DNA of 64,000 bases from Oscillospiraceae bacterium (GTDB taxonomy: Bacteria; Bacillota; Clostridia; Oscillospirales; CAG-272). Positions within the stretch are counted from its first letter, which is position 1. Each line of letters opens with the position of its first letter. This document shows, piece after piece, positions 19,175 to 27,650 of this stretch. A program made the position numbers and the translations under genes. The notes beneath the pieces were generated by a model that saw nothing but the letters and a program-made list of their open reading frames with translations, ran no database searches and was not told the DNA's origin. The stretch spans positions 3,784 through 67,783 of the forward strand of contig SVTQ01000004.1 in the NCBI GenBank assembly GCA_015063695.1, given 5' to 3'.

Positions 19175-20035
19175 ATGAAAAAATACATGATAATAGAAGC
19201 GCCCGTCTGTGTCGGTGCGCCCACTGTAGGAACGGAGGAGGCTTACTCCGCTCTTAAAAGTGACTTGAAATCTCTTTTTCAAGAAAGAGCGACCTTTGCC
19301 GACTTTGAGGGCGATAGAGTTCTTCCCGAAGTCCTTCTCGATAAAAGGCTTATCGGATATGAAACGGTTATGAACGTTTCAAAGGGAGTTCGCGAAAAGT
19401 ACCTTGAAGCCTTTGAAAAAGGCTATATTCCCGTAACTCTCGGAGGCGACCATTCCGTTGTTATGGGGGCCCTCGCGGCCGTCGGCGAAACCTTCGGCGC
19501 AGAAAACGTCGCCCTTATCTATATCGACGGACATACCGATATCAATACGGAAAACACCACCCTCTCGGGACGCATCCACGGACTGCCCCTCGCCGCCGCT
19601 ATGGGACTTTGCACACCTCTTCTTGACGTGGGCAAAAACAGAGTTGACCTCTACGGCAGAAACACCTATATAGTCGGCGCACACAGTATCGACCCCGAGG
19701 AATGGGGCATCATGGAAAAGGAGGGCGTTACCCTCTATTCCCCCCACGCAGTAAGAAAGCTCGGATATGAAAAGATACTTTCGGAGATCCTTGAGACGGT
19801 GAAGGATAAAAAAGTCCATATAAGCCTCGACGTTGACGTTATGGACGGCTCCGAATTCCCCGCAACGGGCTACGTTATGCCCGGAGGGCTCACCTTTGAG
19901 ACCGTCCTTAATATGATGAAATTCCTGTCAGAAAAGAACGTCGCAGTTTCCCTTGACTTCGTTGAATATAACCCCTCAAGAGATAAAGACGGCTCCTGCA
20001 AACAAAAAATGCTTAAGTTATTTGAAACACTGTAA
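19175..20035 (+). CDS. arginase/agmatinase/formiminoglutamase-family ureohydrolase
   Basis: 286 aa. Mn-binding signatures GGDHS, IDGHTDIN and SLDVDVMD. It starts 2 nt after the ATP-grasp stop. Confidence 0.85.
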   Translation: MKKYMIIEAPVCVGAPTVGTEEAYSALKSDLKSLFQERATFADFEGDRVLPEVLLDKRLIGYETVMNVSKGVREKYLEAFEKGYIPVTLGGDHSVVMGALAAVGETFGAENVALIYIDGHTDINTENTTLSGRIHGLPLAAAMGLCTPLLDVGKNRVDLYGRNTYIVGAHSIDPEEWGIMEKEGVTLYSPHAVRKLGYEKILSEILETVKDKKVHISLDVDVMDGSEFPATGYVMPGGLTFETVLNMMKFLSEKNVAVSLDFVEYNPSRDKDGSCKQKMLKLFETL

Positions 20036-20045
20036 CTTCATAAAA

Positions 20046-20095
20046 GGCTCTACGCGGTACAACACCATTTTTCGTACCTTCATAGAGCCTTTTTA
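20046..20095 (+). terminator. intrinsic terminator related to hairpin 2 of the 118-bp repeat
   Basis: GGCTCTAcgcggtacaacaccatttttcgtaccttcaTAGAGCC followed by TTTTTA, directly after the arginase-family gene. Confidence 0.6.
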
Positions 20096-20110
20096 TCTAT
20101 TCTCTATTCT

Positions 20111-20175
20111 CCAAACCCTTCCAAAAGTTTTTGGGAGGGGTTTGGGGAGGGGCTTTTTTCAAAAAGCCCCTCCCC
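20111..20175 (-). terminator. intrinsic terminator; member of the dual-hairpin repeat family (minus orientation)
   Basis: On the minus strand, GGGGAGGGGCTTTTTGAAAAAAGCCCCTCCCC then AAACCCCTCCCAAAAACTTTTGGAAGGGTTTGG, just downstream of the tepA-like stop. Confidence 0.6.
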
Positions 20176-20182
20176 ATCATCC

Positions 20183-20902
20183 TTACTCAAAGCTTTTCAG
20201 CGCCTCGCTGACGCCGCCGACGCTGTCGATAAGACCGCAGGCTACAGCTTCCTTGCCGTCAATAAGAGAACCGACATCGGTGGCTATCTGATCGGTTCGC
20301 ATGAGCATCGTTCTGAAATCATCCTCGGAGATACCCGAATGGTCGGTAACGAATTTTATAATTCTGTCCTGCATACGCTCAAAATAGTAGTAGGTCTGGG
20401 GAACACCCACCACGGTACCGCTCATGCGGACAGGGTGAATGGTCATGGTCGCAGAGGGCACGATAAAAGAGCGCTTAGCTGAAACCGCAAGAGGTACGCC
20501 GATGGAGTGACCGCCGCCGAGAACGAGAGAAACGGTAGGCTTTGACATGCTCGCCACCATTTCGGCAATGGCAAGACCCGCCTCAACGTCGCCGCCCATG
20601 GTGTTGAGTATCATCAGCATCCCGTCGATCTCGTCACTCTGCTCTATTGCCACAAGCTGAGGGATGATGTGCTCGTATTTGGTAGCCTTCTGTCCCTCTC
20701 CCAGAAGATAGTGACCTTCAATCTGCCCGATGATCGTGAGGCAGTGAATAGTTTTTCCGCCGCCGACAGTGGTGACACTTCCGCTTTTGAAAACGTCCTC
20801 AAGGTCGGAAGGAAGGGCGGCTTTTTCAGTGCCCGTATCATTTTCGTTAGCTTCTTCTTTTGCCCCCAAGCAGATACTGTTCTGCACGTTCTTATACTTC
20901 AT
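20183..20902 (-). CDS. tepA: ClpP-fold serine protease, TepA-like
   Basis: 239 aa. The [12 protein letters not shown] segment and ClpP/crotonase-like core ([20 protein letters not shown]) match TepA-type proteins of spore formers. Confidence 0.6.
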   Translation of the reverse strand: MKYKNVQNSICLGAKEEANENDTGTEKAALPSDLEDVFKSGSVTTVGGGKTIHCLTIIGQIEGHYLLGEGQKATKYEHIIPQLVAIEQSDEIDGMLMILNTMGGDVEAGLAIAEMVASMSKPTVSLVLGGGHSIGVPLAVSAKRSFIVPSATMTIHPVRMSGTVVGVPQTYYYFERMQDRIIKFVTDHSGISEDDFRTMLMRTDQIATDVGSLIDGKEAVACGLIDSVGGVSEALKSFE

Positions 20903-21041
20903 TTTGAAACCATCCTTCGTTTTTCACTTAGTATTGACGGAGACGACCCTTTATATTCCCATAAAATCACAAGAAAAGCACCTGAATTTTGCCACCATTT
21001 AACAAAAATACGGAAAATTACCGATTTTTGATAAATCTCTG

Positions 21042-21070
21042 TTGATTTGCAGTTTTTTTTATTGTATAAT
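21042..21070 (+). promoter_or_regulatory. near-consensus sigma-A promoter of the NifU-like/GGGtGRT operon
   Basis: TTGATT, a 17-nt spacer, then TATAAT, about 60 nt upstream of the 21129 start. Confidence 0.55.
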
Positions 21071-21128
21071 AGTAGTTGGTGTAATATTGTTATTAAATTA
21101 CCAATTCAAATAAAAGGAGACTAGACCA

Positions 21129-21827
21129 ATGAGCTTAGTTTATTCAAAAGAAGTTGAAAACATGTGCTGCGTTGCTAAGGGTCCCGACCACGGTCCCGCT
21201 CCCATTCCCGAAGAAGGCAAATGGGTTCAGGCGAAGCAGATCACAGACATTTCTGCATACACCCACGGTGTGGGCTGGTGTGCTCCTCAGCAGGGCGCTT
21301 GCAAGCTGTCCCTCAACGTTAAGGACGGTATCATCGAAGAGGCTCTCGTTGAAACTATCGGTTGCTCCGGTATGACTCACTCTGCTGCTATGGCTGCAGA
21401 AATTCTCCCCGGAAAGACTCTCCTTGAGGCTCTTAACACAGACCTCGTTTGCGATGCTATCAACACAGCTATGCGCGAACTCTTCCTCCAGATCGTATAC
21501 GGCCGTTCCCAGTCCGCATTCTCCGAAGGCGGTCTCGTAATCGGCGCAGGTATGGAAGACCTCGGTAAGGGTGAACGTTCCATGGTTGGTACTATGTACG
21601 GTACAAAGGCTAAGGGTGTTCGTTACCTCGAAATGACAGAAGGTTACTGCACAAGAATGGCTCTCGACGAAGACGATCAGGTTATCGGTTACGAATTCGT
21701 TTCCCTCGGCAAGATGACCGACTTCATCAAGAAGGGCATGGAACCTAATGAAGCATACGAAAAGTCCAAGGGTACATACGGCAGATTTAACGATGCTGTT
21801 AAGTACATCGACCCCCGTAAGGAATAA
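21129..21827 (+). CDS. NifU/IscU-like N-terminal-domain protein (partner of the GGGtGRT protein)
   Basis: 232 aa. Cys-containing segments GWCAPQQGACKLSL and TIGCSGMTHSAAMAAE resemble the IscU scaffold fold. AAGGAG RBS present. Confidence 0.6.
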   Translation: MSLVYSKEVENMCCVAKGPDHGPAPIPEEGKWVQAKQITDISAYTHGVGWCAPQQGACKLSLNVKDGIIEEALVETIGCSGMTHSAAMAAEILPGKTLLEALNTDLVCDAINTAMRELFLQIVYGRSQSAFSEGGLVIGAGMEDLGKGERSMVGTMYGTKAKGVRYLEMTEGYCTRMALDEDDQVIGYEFVSLGKMTDFIKKGMEPNEAYEKSKGTYGRFNDAVKYIDPRKE

Positions 21828-21845
21828 TTGAAGGAGGAAATAACA

Positions 21846-22844
21846 ATGGCTAAATTTGAAGGTTACGAAAGACGCGAGGCGAAAATTCTTGCCGCTCTCG
21901 CTGAATACGGCATTTCCTCTATCGACGAATGTAAGGAAATCTGTGACGCTAAGGGTATCGACCCCTACAAGATCGTTGAAGAAACACAGCCTATCGCATT
22001 TGAAAACGCAAAGTGGGCTTACACAGTAGGTGCTGCTATCGCAATCAAGAAGGGCTGCACAAAGGCTGCTGACGCTGCTGCCGCTATCGGTATCGGCCTC
22101 CAGGCATTCTGCATCCCCGGTTCCGTTGCTGAAAACCGTAAGGTTGGTCTCGGCCACGGCAACCTCGGCTCCATGCTCCTCTCCGAAGAAACAGAATGCT
22201 TCTGCTTCCTCGCAGGTCACGAATCCTTCGCAGCTGCTGAAGGCGCTATCAAGATCGCCCTCAACGCTAACAAGGTAAGAACACAGCCCCTCCGCGTTAT
22301 CCTTAACGGTCTCGGCAAGGACGCTGCTATGATCATCTCCCGTATCAACGGCTTTACATACGTTCAGACTCAGTTCGATCCCGCAACTGAAGAAGTTACA
22401 GTTGTAAGCGAAAAGGCATACTCCAAGGGTCCCCGTGCAGATGTTAAGTGCTACGGCTCCGACAGCGTTCCCGAAGGCGTTGCTATCATGAGACTTGAAA
22501 ACGTTGGCGTTTCCATTACAGGTAACTCCACTAACCCCACAAGATTCCAGCACCCCGTTGCAGGTACATATAAGAAGTGGGCAAACGAAAACGGCGTTAA
22601 GTACTTCTCCGTTGCTTCCGGCGGCGGTACAGGCCGTACACTCCATCCCGATAACATGGCAGCAGGCCCTGCTTCCTACGGTATGACAGATACTCTCGGC
22701 CGTATGCACGGTGACGCTCAGTTTGCAGGTTCCTCTTCCGTTCCCGCACACGTTGAAATGATGGGTCTCATCGGCGCAGGTAACAACCCCATGGTTGGTA
22801 TGACTGTTGCTGTTGCAGTTGCTATCGAAGAAGCAAGCAAGTAA
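21846..22844 (+). CDS. GGGtGRT-family protein (function unknown)
   Basis: Contains the eponymous SGGGTGRT motif. I prefer the ATG at 21846 (MAKFEGY), with GAAGGAGGA 8 nt upstream, over the TTG at 21828 given in the track. Confidence 0.8.
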   Translation: MAKFEGYERREAKILAALAEYGISSIDECKEICDAKGIDPYKIVEETQPIAFENAKWAYTVGAAIAIKKGCTKAADAAAAIGIGLQAFCIPGSVAENRKVGLGHGNLGSMLLSEETECFCFLAGHESFAAAEGAIKIALNANKVRTQPLRVILNGLGKDAAMIISRINGFTYVQTQFDPATEEVTVVSEKAYSKGPRADVKCYGSDSVPEGVAIMRLENVGVSITGNSTNPTRFQHPVAGTYKKWANENGVKYFSVASGGGTGRTLHPDNMAAGPASYGMTDTLGRMHGDAQFAGSSSVPAHVEMMGLIGAGNNPMVGMTVAVAVAIEEASK

Positions 22845-22854
22845 TAAGAAATAC

Positions 22855-22924
22855 GGTCGCTTTTTGAAAAAAGCTCCGCAAAAACTTTAAAACGAACCCC
22901 CGAGGGCATGCCCTCGGGGGTTAA
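22855..22924 (+). repeat. ~70-bp terminator-like repeat, left copy (flanks the AT-rich island)
   Basis: GGTCGCTTTTTGAAAAAAGCTCCGCAAAAACTTT (34 nt identical to 27531..27564), then hairpin AACCCCCGAGGGcatgCCCTCGGGGGTT. Confidence 0.8.
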
Positions 22925-23204
22925 ATACTTTATTGACTTATAAACACACAGAACTGTCCCCTGTGTTTTTATAAAAATCAGTTAGACCCATCATTTTGAG
23001 GTTTTCCTCTATGATGGGTTTAATGTCTATATACATAATATGAAGCCGCAGTAAACGCGGCAAGTGTTATTCTAAACGCCCAGATCGAAAAAATAGAAAA
23101 AATTCTATCAACGGAGAGGGCGGGTAAAATCCGCCCTTGATTTTGTTTGTTCATCTGCTATAATAGAATTATAGAAACTTGTATCTAGATGGAGGAATTT
23201 GAGT

Positions 23205-23849
23205 GTGAAATATCATTACTATTCAACACCCGATGAGATGAAGCACCTTGAAGCATGGGGATTCAATTGGCTTGAATTTGTAACTTCTATCCCTGCACCT
23301 ATGTTTCTTGTTACATCATATAAATCAAACGGAAAAGCAAATGCTTGTATGCAATCATTTGCAAGTTTTACAACAGGAGATAGAGGAGCGCGTTTTTTTG
23401 CAATTCTTTCGAGTGTGAACAAAAGCGGACATTTGTATAAAACAATAATTGAAAATGGATGTGCAGTAATAAACTTCATGTCGGCAGATTTCTACGACAA
23501 TTCTATGGAAACCATAAAGAATAATCAGTTTGAAGTTGATGAGATATTAGAATCAAAATTAACAAGTGTACCCGCAGATAAAGTAAATGCACCTATGGTA
23601 GAGGAATGTTTTATGAATTTGGAGTGTAGGTTTTCTTGGGAAAAAGAAATCGCTCCAAATGATGACCATGTTATTATCTGCTTTGAAGTTGTGAATGTTC
23701 ATATCGATAAAAACCATCTTGATAATCGCGTTGAAGAGAACGGAATACTTTACAACATTCATTATCCTATAAACCCAGAAAAGTATAGCGGTAAAGCACA
23801 TGATTATGTAGGTATTGTAAAACCGTTAATTGATGCAGGTGAATATTGA
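23205..23849 (+). CDS. flavin reductase-like (FMN-binding split-barrel) domain protein
   Basis: About 214 aa. The pattern PAPMFLVTSYKSNGKANACMQSF...GCAVINF is typical of flavin_reduct domains. The start is ambiguous: TTG 23199, or GTG 23205, which is better spaced from the GGAGGA RBS. Confidence 0.65.
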   Translation: MKYHYYSTPDEMKHLEAWGFNWLEFVTSIPAPMFLVTSYKSNGKANACMQSFASFTTGDRGARFFAILSSVNKSGHLYKTIIENGCAVINFMSADFYDNSMETIKNNQFEVDEILESKLTSVPADKVNAPMVEECFMNLECRFSWEKEIAPNDDHVIICFEVVNVHIDKNHLDNRVEENGILYNIHYPINPEKYSGKAHDYVGIVKPLIDAGEY

Positions 23850-23913
23850 CCTACTATGGCAGACCGAAGGTAGTTTCAATTTGTAAAAAAATCAAGCCAC
23901 GGAGGGCTAAAAA

Positions 23914-24327
23914 ATGTTAGGATATAATGCTATAGTTGTATTCAATAAAGAAACAGATAAAATGTTGATGTGCAAAAGAAGACATAATCCGTATAAGGGA
24001 TTGTCAAATTTTGTTGGCGGAAAAATAGAAGAAAATGAGAATGGTTTAGATGCGGCATACAGAGAGCTTGAAGAAGAAACCACAATAACAAAAAACGATA
24101 TTATTCTTTCTCATTTAATGGACTTTACATATCACCTTGGAAATTGTTATCTTGAAGTTTATGTTGAAAATTTGAATAAATTAATTGATGTTAGCGGAGA
24201 TGAAAATGATCTGTATTGGTCAACATTAGACCATAATTTTTTTGATGCAACACAATATGCGGGAGAAGGAAATATCGGGCATATTATGATGCATGTTGAA
24301 ATGTTCAAGGAAAAATTATTAAAATAA
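23914..24327 (+). CDS. NUDIX hydrolase
   Basis: 137 aa. Nudix box GGKIEENENGLDAAYRELEEETTI. Confidence 0.85.
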   Translation: MLGYNAIVVFNKETDKMLMCKRRHNPYKGLSNFVGGKIEENENGLDAAYRELEEETTITKNDIILSHLMDFTYHLGNCYLEVYVENLNKLIDVSGDENDLYWSTLDHNFFDATQYAGEGNIGHIMMHVEMFKEKLLK

Positions 24328-24359
24328 AAGATGAACTTGAATTTGCAGGGGGAATAAAT

Positions 24360-24881
24360 ATGGGTAATGCTATATTAGTCTGCGGTTTGAACGGAGCAGG
24401 AAAAAGCACACTGGCAAAAGCACTTGCCGAAAGATTAAATCTCCGCTTTATTGATATTGAAGATATATACTTTGAAAGCCAAGACAATCCTGATTATCCG
24501 TATGAAAAATCCCGTCCCTACGAAGAGGTTGTATCATTGCTTGCAAACATTGTAAACGGTGAAAATGACTTCGTTTTGGCATCGGTAACAGGTGATTTCG
24601 GAGATGAATTTATTTCTCATTTGAAGTGTGTAATTTCCGTTGAAGTTTCAAGGGAGATACGATTAAAGCGAGTACACGATAGGTCATACACACTTTTCGG
24701 TGAAAAGAGTTATAAAGGCGGAGATTTTTACGAGCAAATCAAGTCGTTCCATAAATTTTGTGCATCAAGAGATGAAAACTTGGTTAACGATTGGCTAACC
24801 ACTATATGCTGCCCCATTATTAGAGTAGATGGAACGCTACCGATATGTGACAATGTAAATCTAATTGCCGAAGAATTGTAA
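24360..24881 (+). CDS. small P-loop NTPase / kinase-like protein
   Basis: 173 aa. Walker A GLNGAGKST at the N-terminus; size and layout of nucleoside/shikimate-kinase-like AAA proteins. Confidence 0.6.
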   Translation: MGNAILVCGLNGAGKSTLAKALAERLNLRFIDIEDIYFESQDNPDYPYEKSRPYEEVVSLLANIVNGENDFVLASVTGDFGDEFISHLKCVISVEVSREIRLKRVHDRSYTLFGEKSYKGGDFYEQIKSFHKFCASRDENLVNDWLTTICCPIIRVDGTLPICDNVNLIAEEL

Positions 24882-25017
24882 AACAAATTCCCAATTTATC
24901 GAATTGATATGCCGGAGCGGGACGTGACAATCATGGGACAGTCCCCTGATTGAAGCAGTTTATATATCACTCAAAAATTGTTTTTTATGTATATCCATAT
25001 AAATTAAGGAGTTCATT

Positions 25018-25614
25018 TTGAAAACAAATATAACGTTTCTAAGAGACTGGCTCATAACACTTTTAATAACTACCTTACTGTGGGATTTTGTCGGCGGTAT
25101 TTTTCTACTCATAGCACGATTTATATTCCCGAAACAAGCAGACCATTTTTTGTTTTTTGGCATAATTGGGACTATTGTCTTTTGCTGTGTATTGGCAATA
25201 AGATCGTATAAGTCAGGTTTAGATATTAACGGAAAACGTATTCCTGTGTCGTTGGCCATGCCGATAGCGAGCATGATCATTGCGCTTGGCGTTTATATAG
25301 TTGCTTATATAATATCGGGGTGTAATTATATTGCAGGGCCTGTTGCACATTCATATGTTACCGTGTTTTGGGGCAATGGCGTAGACCAAGCCTTTATTCA
25401 CGATATTACTATGTCTCAACATCTTTCCGTTTTTGTTCCGCTTGGATCATTGTATGTAGCCGTTTCTTTGGGTGCGTACATTTTAGCGAAGTATAAACAG
25501 GATCATCATAACAGTGTCGTTCGCAAATTAAGGGAAGAGGATATGCAAAAGAAATCCGACGATCCCTTTGAAGAAGCGTTAAAAAACGGATTAGGTAACA
25601 GAAAACATAGGTAG
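25018..25614 (+). CDS. hypothetical integral membrane protein
   Basis: 198 aa. About 4 predicted TM helices and a charged C-terminal tail. TTG start with AAGGAG 7 nt upstream. Confidence 0.5.
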   Translation: MKTNITFLRDWLITLLITTLLWDFVGGIFLLIARFIFPKQADHFLFFGIIGTIVFCCVLAIRSYKSGLDINGKRIPVSLAMPIASMIIALGVYIVAYIISGCNYIAGPVAHSYVTVFWGNGVDQAFIHDITMSQHLSVFVPLGSLYVAVSLGAYILAKYKQDHHNSVVRKLREEDMQKKSDDPFEEALKNGLGNRKHR

Positions 25615-25701
25615 TTATACTTGTGATTTAATGAAATAAAACATCTCCACTTGAGTTTAAACTTTTGATATAACCCTTATTATTCTTACATAGAGGTAAA
25701 A

Positions 25702-26574
25702 ATGAACAGGAAATATAAAAAAAGTAAAATTGAAATAAACAAATATACATGTTCCCGACTACTCTCTGACCATAACAATAAAGCGCTGATTTCAACATTC
25801 TCATGTTCCAAAAACCCGTCTCTTGCGGCACACTTAAAACGAAAAGCGTGGTTTGAAGAACAAAACAATAAACGAGCACATTTTCTCGTCAAAGAAGATA
25901 ATAAAATCGTCTTATATTTTTCATTACAATGCGGTATATTGGTACAAGCACATAAAAAAATACTTAGCGGTATAAATCATCGAGAAACAGATACCGGAAC
26001 AGAATATTTTATTGATGACGATATAATTGACGTTACGAAAACTATTCCCGCAATTGAACTTTCACACTTTTGTGTAAACGATTCATACCGAAACAAAAAA
26101 AGTGAATGGGTTGTTTACAATGGTCCCTTCACATACAAAGTCGGAGAGTATTGCTTTTATCAATATGTCGCTCCTATTGTTATCGATATTGCCGAAAAGG
26201 TCGGAGTAGAAATTCTTTATCTTTTTTGTGCAGACGAAGGAAGCGACAAATTGCTTGAATATTATTCTTCCCTAAACTTTAAAATAATGGATGATATGGC
26301 ATGTGTAAGATCTGACTACGAAAGCAATCTCTCGTGTTTAACTCAAAAAATCTGTGATTTAAAAAAATCCACCCAAGAGTTCATGAATGAGAAAAAAGCA
26401 AACGATATTTTAACATACTTGAAAACACACAAAAATATAAGCATACAAAAAATCAAAAAAATAACTGAACTTTCTAATACATATGTTCTTTTAAATAAAC
26501 TCATTAAAGAAAATCTAATAGAAGAAGATTCAGAACGAAAACATACATACGTATTAAAACAAAAATCTTTGTAA
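25702..26574 (+). CDS. hypothetical protein, GNAT-like core plus C-terminal winged-helix-like tail
   Basis: 290 aa. IELSHFCVNDSYRNKK and KLLEYYSSLNFKIM resemble GNAT beta4 and alpha4. The C-terminal ~70 aa (ILTYLKTHKNISIQKIKKITELSNTYVLLNKLIKENLIE) look wHTH-like. Confidence 0.4.
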   Translation: MNRKYKKSKIEINKYTCSRLLSDHNNKALISTFSCSKNPSLAAHLKRKAWFEEQNNKRAHFLVKEDNKIVLYFSLQCGILVQAHKKILSGINHRETDTGTEYFIDDDIIDVTKTIPAIELSHFCVNDSYRNKKSEWVVYNGPFTYKVGEYCFYQYVAPIVIDIAEKVGVEILYLFCADEGSDKLLEYYSSLNFKIMDDMACVRSDYESNLSCLTQKICDLKKSTQEFMNEKKANDILTYLKTHKNISIQKIKKITELSNTYVLLNKLIKENLIEEDSERKHTYVLKQKSL

Positions 26575-26614
26575 ATGTACGAAAAATTAGTGGTTTACCG
26601 ATAGAGGGCACATT

Positions 26615-27529
26615 ATGGAAAACACGGTAAGAAGTATTGCCGAAAAACATTTCGGACAGGATATTGAATCTATAGAACCTTTGGGCGGCGGATTTTACGG
26701 GAGAGTTTTTCTTGTTAAAATGAAAAAAGCTCCGTTTTCGGCGGTGGTCAAGCTTTATCTGTTTGACGGATTTGCAGTAAATGAAGCTTTGCAACTTAAA
26801 ACTCTCTCTCGACACTCAAAACTGAAAATGCCCGAAGTTTACGGTGTTTACAAGGCAGGGGAAACAGGGCTTCCCCACGATGCTTTGATCATGGAATTTC
26901 TTGACGGAGTAAATGCAGGGTGGCTTGACGTTTCCGCTCTTTCTTCGGATGCGAAAAACACAATATGCGAAAATATTGTTGATAACCTAATCTCTATTCA
27001 CAGCAAGGCGAACTTTGAAGGCTTCGGAGAGCTCTCCCAAAAAGAATTCTTTCCCACGTGGCAGGAATTTTACCGCCCCAAAGCAAAACGAATTGTTGAA
27101 AAAGCGCGATATCTGAAAAGTATAGGTCAAATCTCCGATTACGTTATGGACGTATTTGAAAGCTCCTTTGAAAACTTTGATAAGATATTTTGCCTTCCAA
27201 TTACCGAGGCTCGTCTTATTCACGGAGATTACAACACGTGGAATATTATGCTTAACGACGAAAAAAGCCGAGCAGAATACGTGATCGATCCTTTCGGCTG
27301 TTGCTTCGGTGACAGCGAATACGACCTTTATCAACTTGATAACGCCAACGGAAAAGATTACGGACTTTTAAAAAGATACGCCGAAAAAGTAACTTTAAGT
27401 GAAAACTTTATTCAGAAAAGATATTTTTATGAGCTTTACTCGGAGATAAGCCACTACCACGATGCCCGTGTCCCCGTTGACTTTGCCGCCGCTGAGCGCA
27501 TGGCAAATAATCTTTCAGAATTTTTATAA
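26615..27529 (+). CDS. aminoglycoside-phosphotransferase / fructosamine-kinase-fold kinase
   Basis: 304 aa. Catalytic loop HGDYNTWNIM and downstream IDPFGCCFGD, as in the APH/choline-kinase fold. Confidence 0.75.
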   Translation: MENTVRSIAEKHFGQDIESIEPLGGGFYGRVFLVKMKKAPFSAVVKLYLFDGFAVNEALQLKTLSRHSKLKMPEVYGVYKAGETGLPHDALIMEFLDGVNAGWLDVSALSSDAKNTICENIVDNLISIHSKANFEGFGELSQKEFFPTWQEFYRPKAKRIVEKARYLKSIGQISDYVMDVFESSFENFDKIFCLPITEARLIHGDYNTWNIMLNDEKSRAEYVIDPFGCCFGDSEYDLYQLDNANGKDYGLLKRYAEKVTLSENFIQKRYFYELYSEISHYHDARVPVDFAAAERMANNLSEFL

Positions 27530-27530
27530 A

Positions 27531-27604
27531 GGTCGCTTTTTGAAAAAAGCTCCGCAAAAACTTTTAAAGAGAACCCCCGAATGCTCACACATTCGGGGGT
27601 TAAG
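27531..27604 (+). repeat. ~70-bp terminator-like repeat, right copy
   Basis: Same 34-nt core as 22855..22888, then hairpin AACCCCCGAATGctcacacATTCGGGGGTT. The outer stem is conserved; the inner stem differs but still pairs. Confidence 0.8.
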
Positions 27605-27650
27605 TGTTTGTATTGGAGTTTTAGAATAAACAGAACCGGCACGGGGGTTT

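Noticed and set aside
21144-22751. 535-aa minus-strand ORF spanning two plus-strand genes
   Set aside because: It is antisense to the codon-optimised NifU-like/GGGtGRT pair and runs across their intergenic junction. Its composition is Cys/Val/Ser-rich nonsense. The sense genes have recognisable motifs, RBSs, a promoter and a terminator.
22951-22970. Short motif AGTCCCCTG recurring at 22959, 24946 and (reverse complement) 57764
   Set aside because: Three occurrences of a 9-mer in 64 kb could be chance. The 24946 copy is better explained as a fragment of the 118-bp repeat's first hairpin. I could not establish a consistent context for the others.
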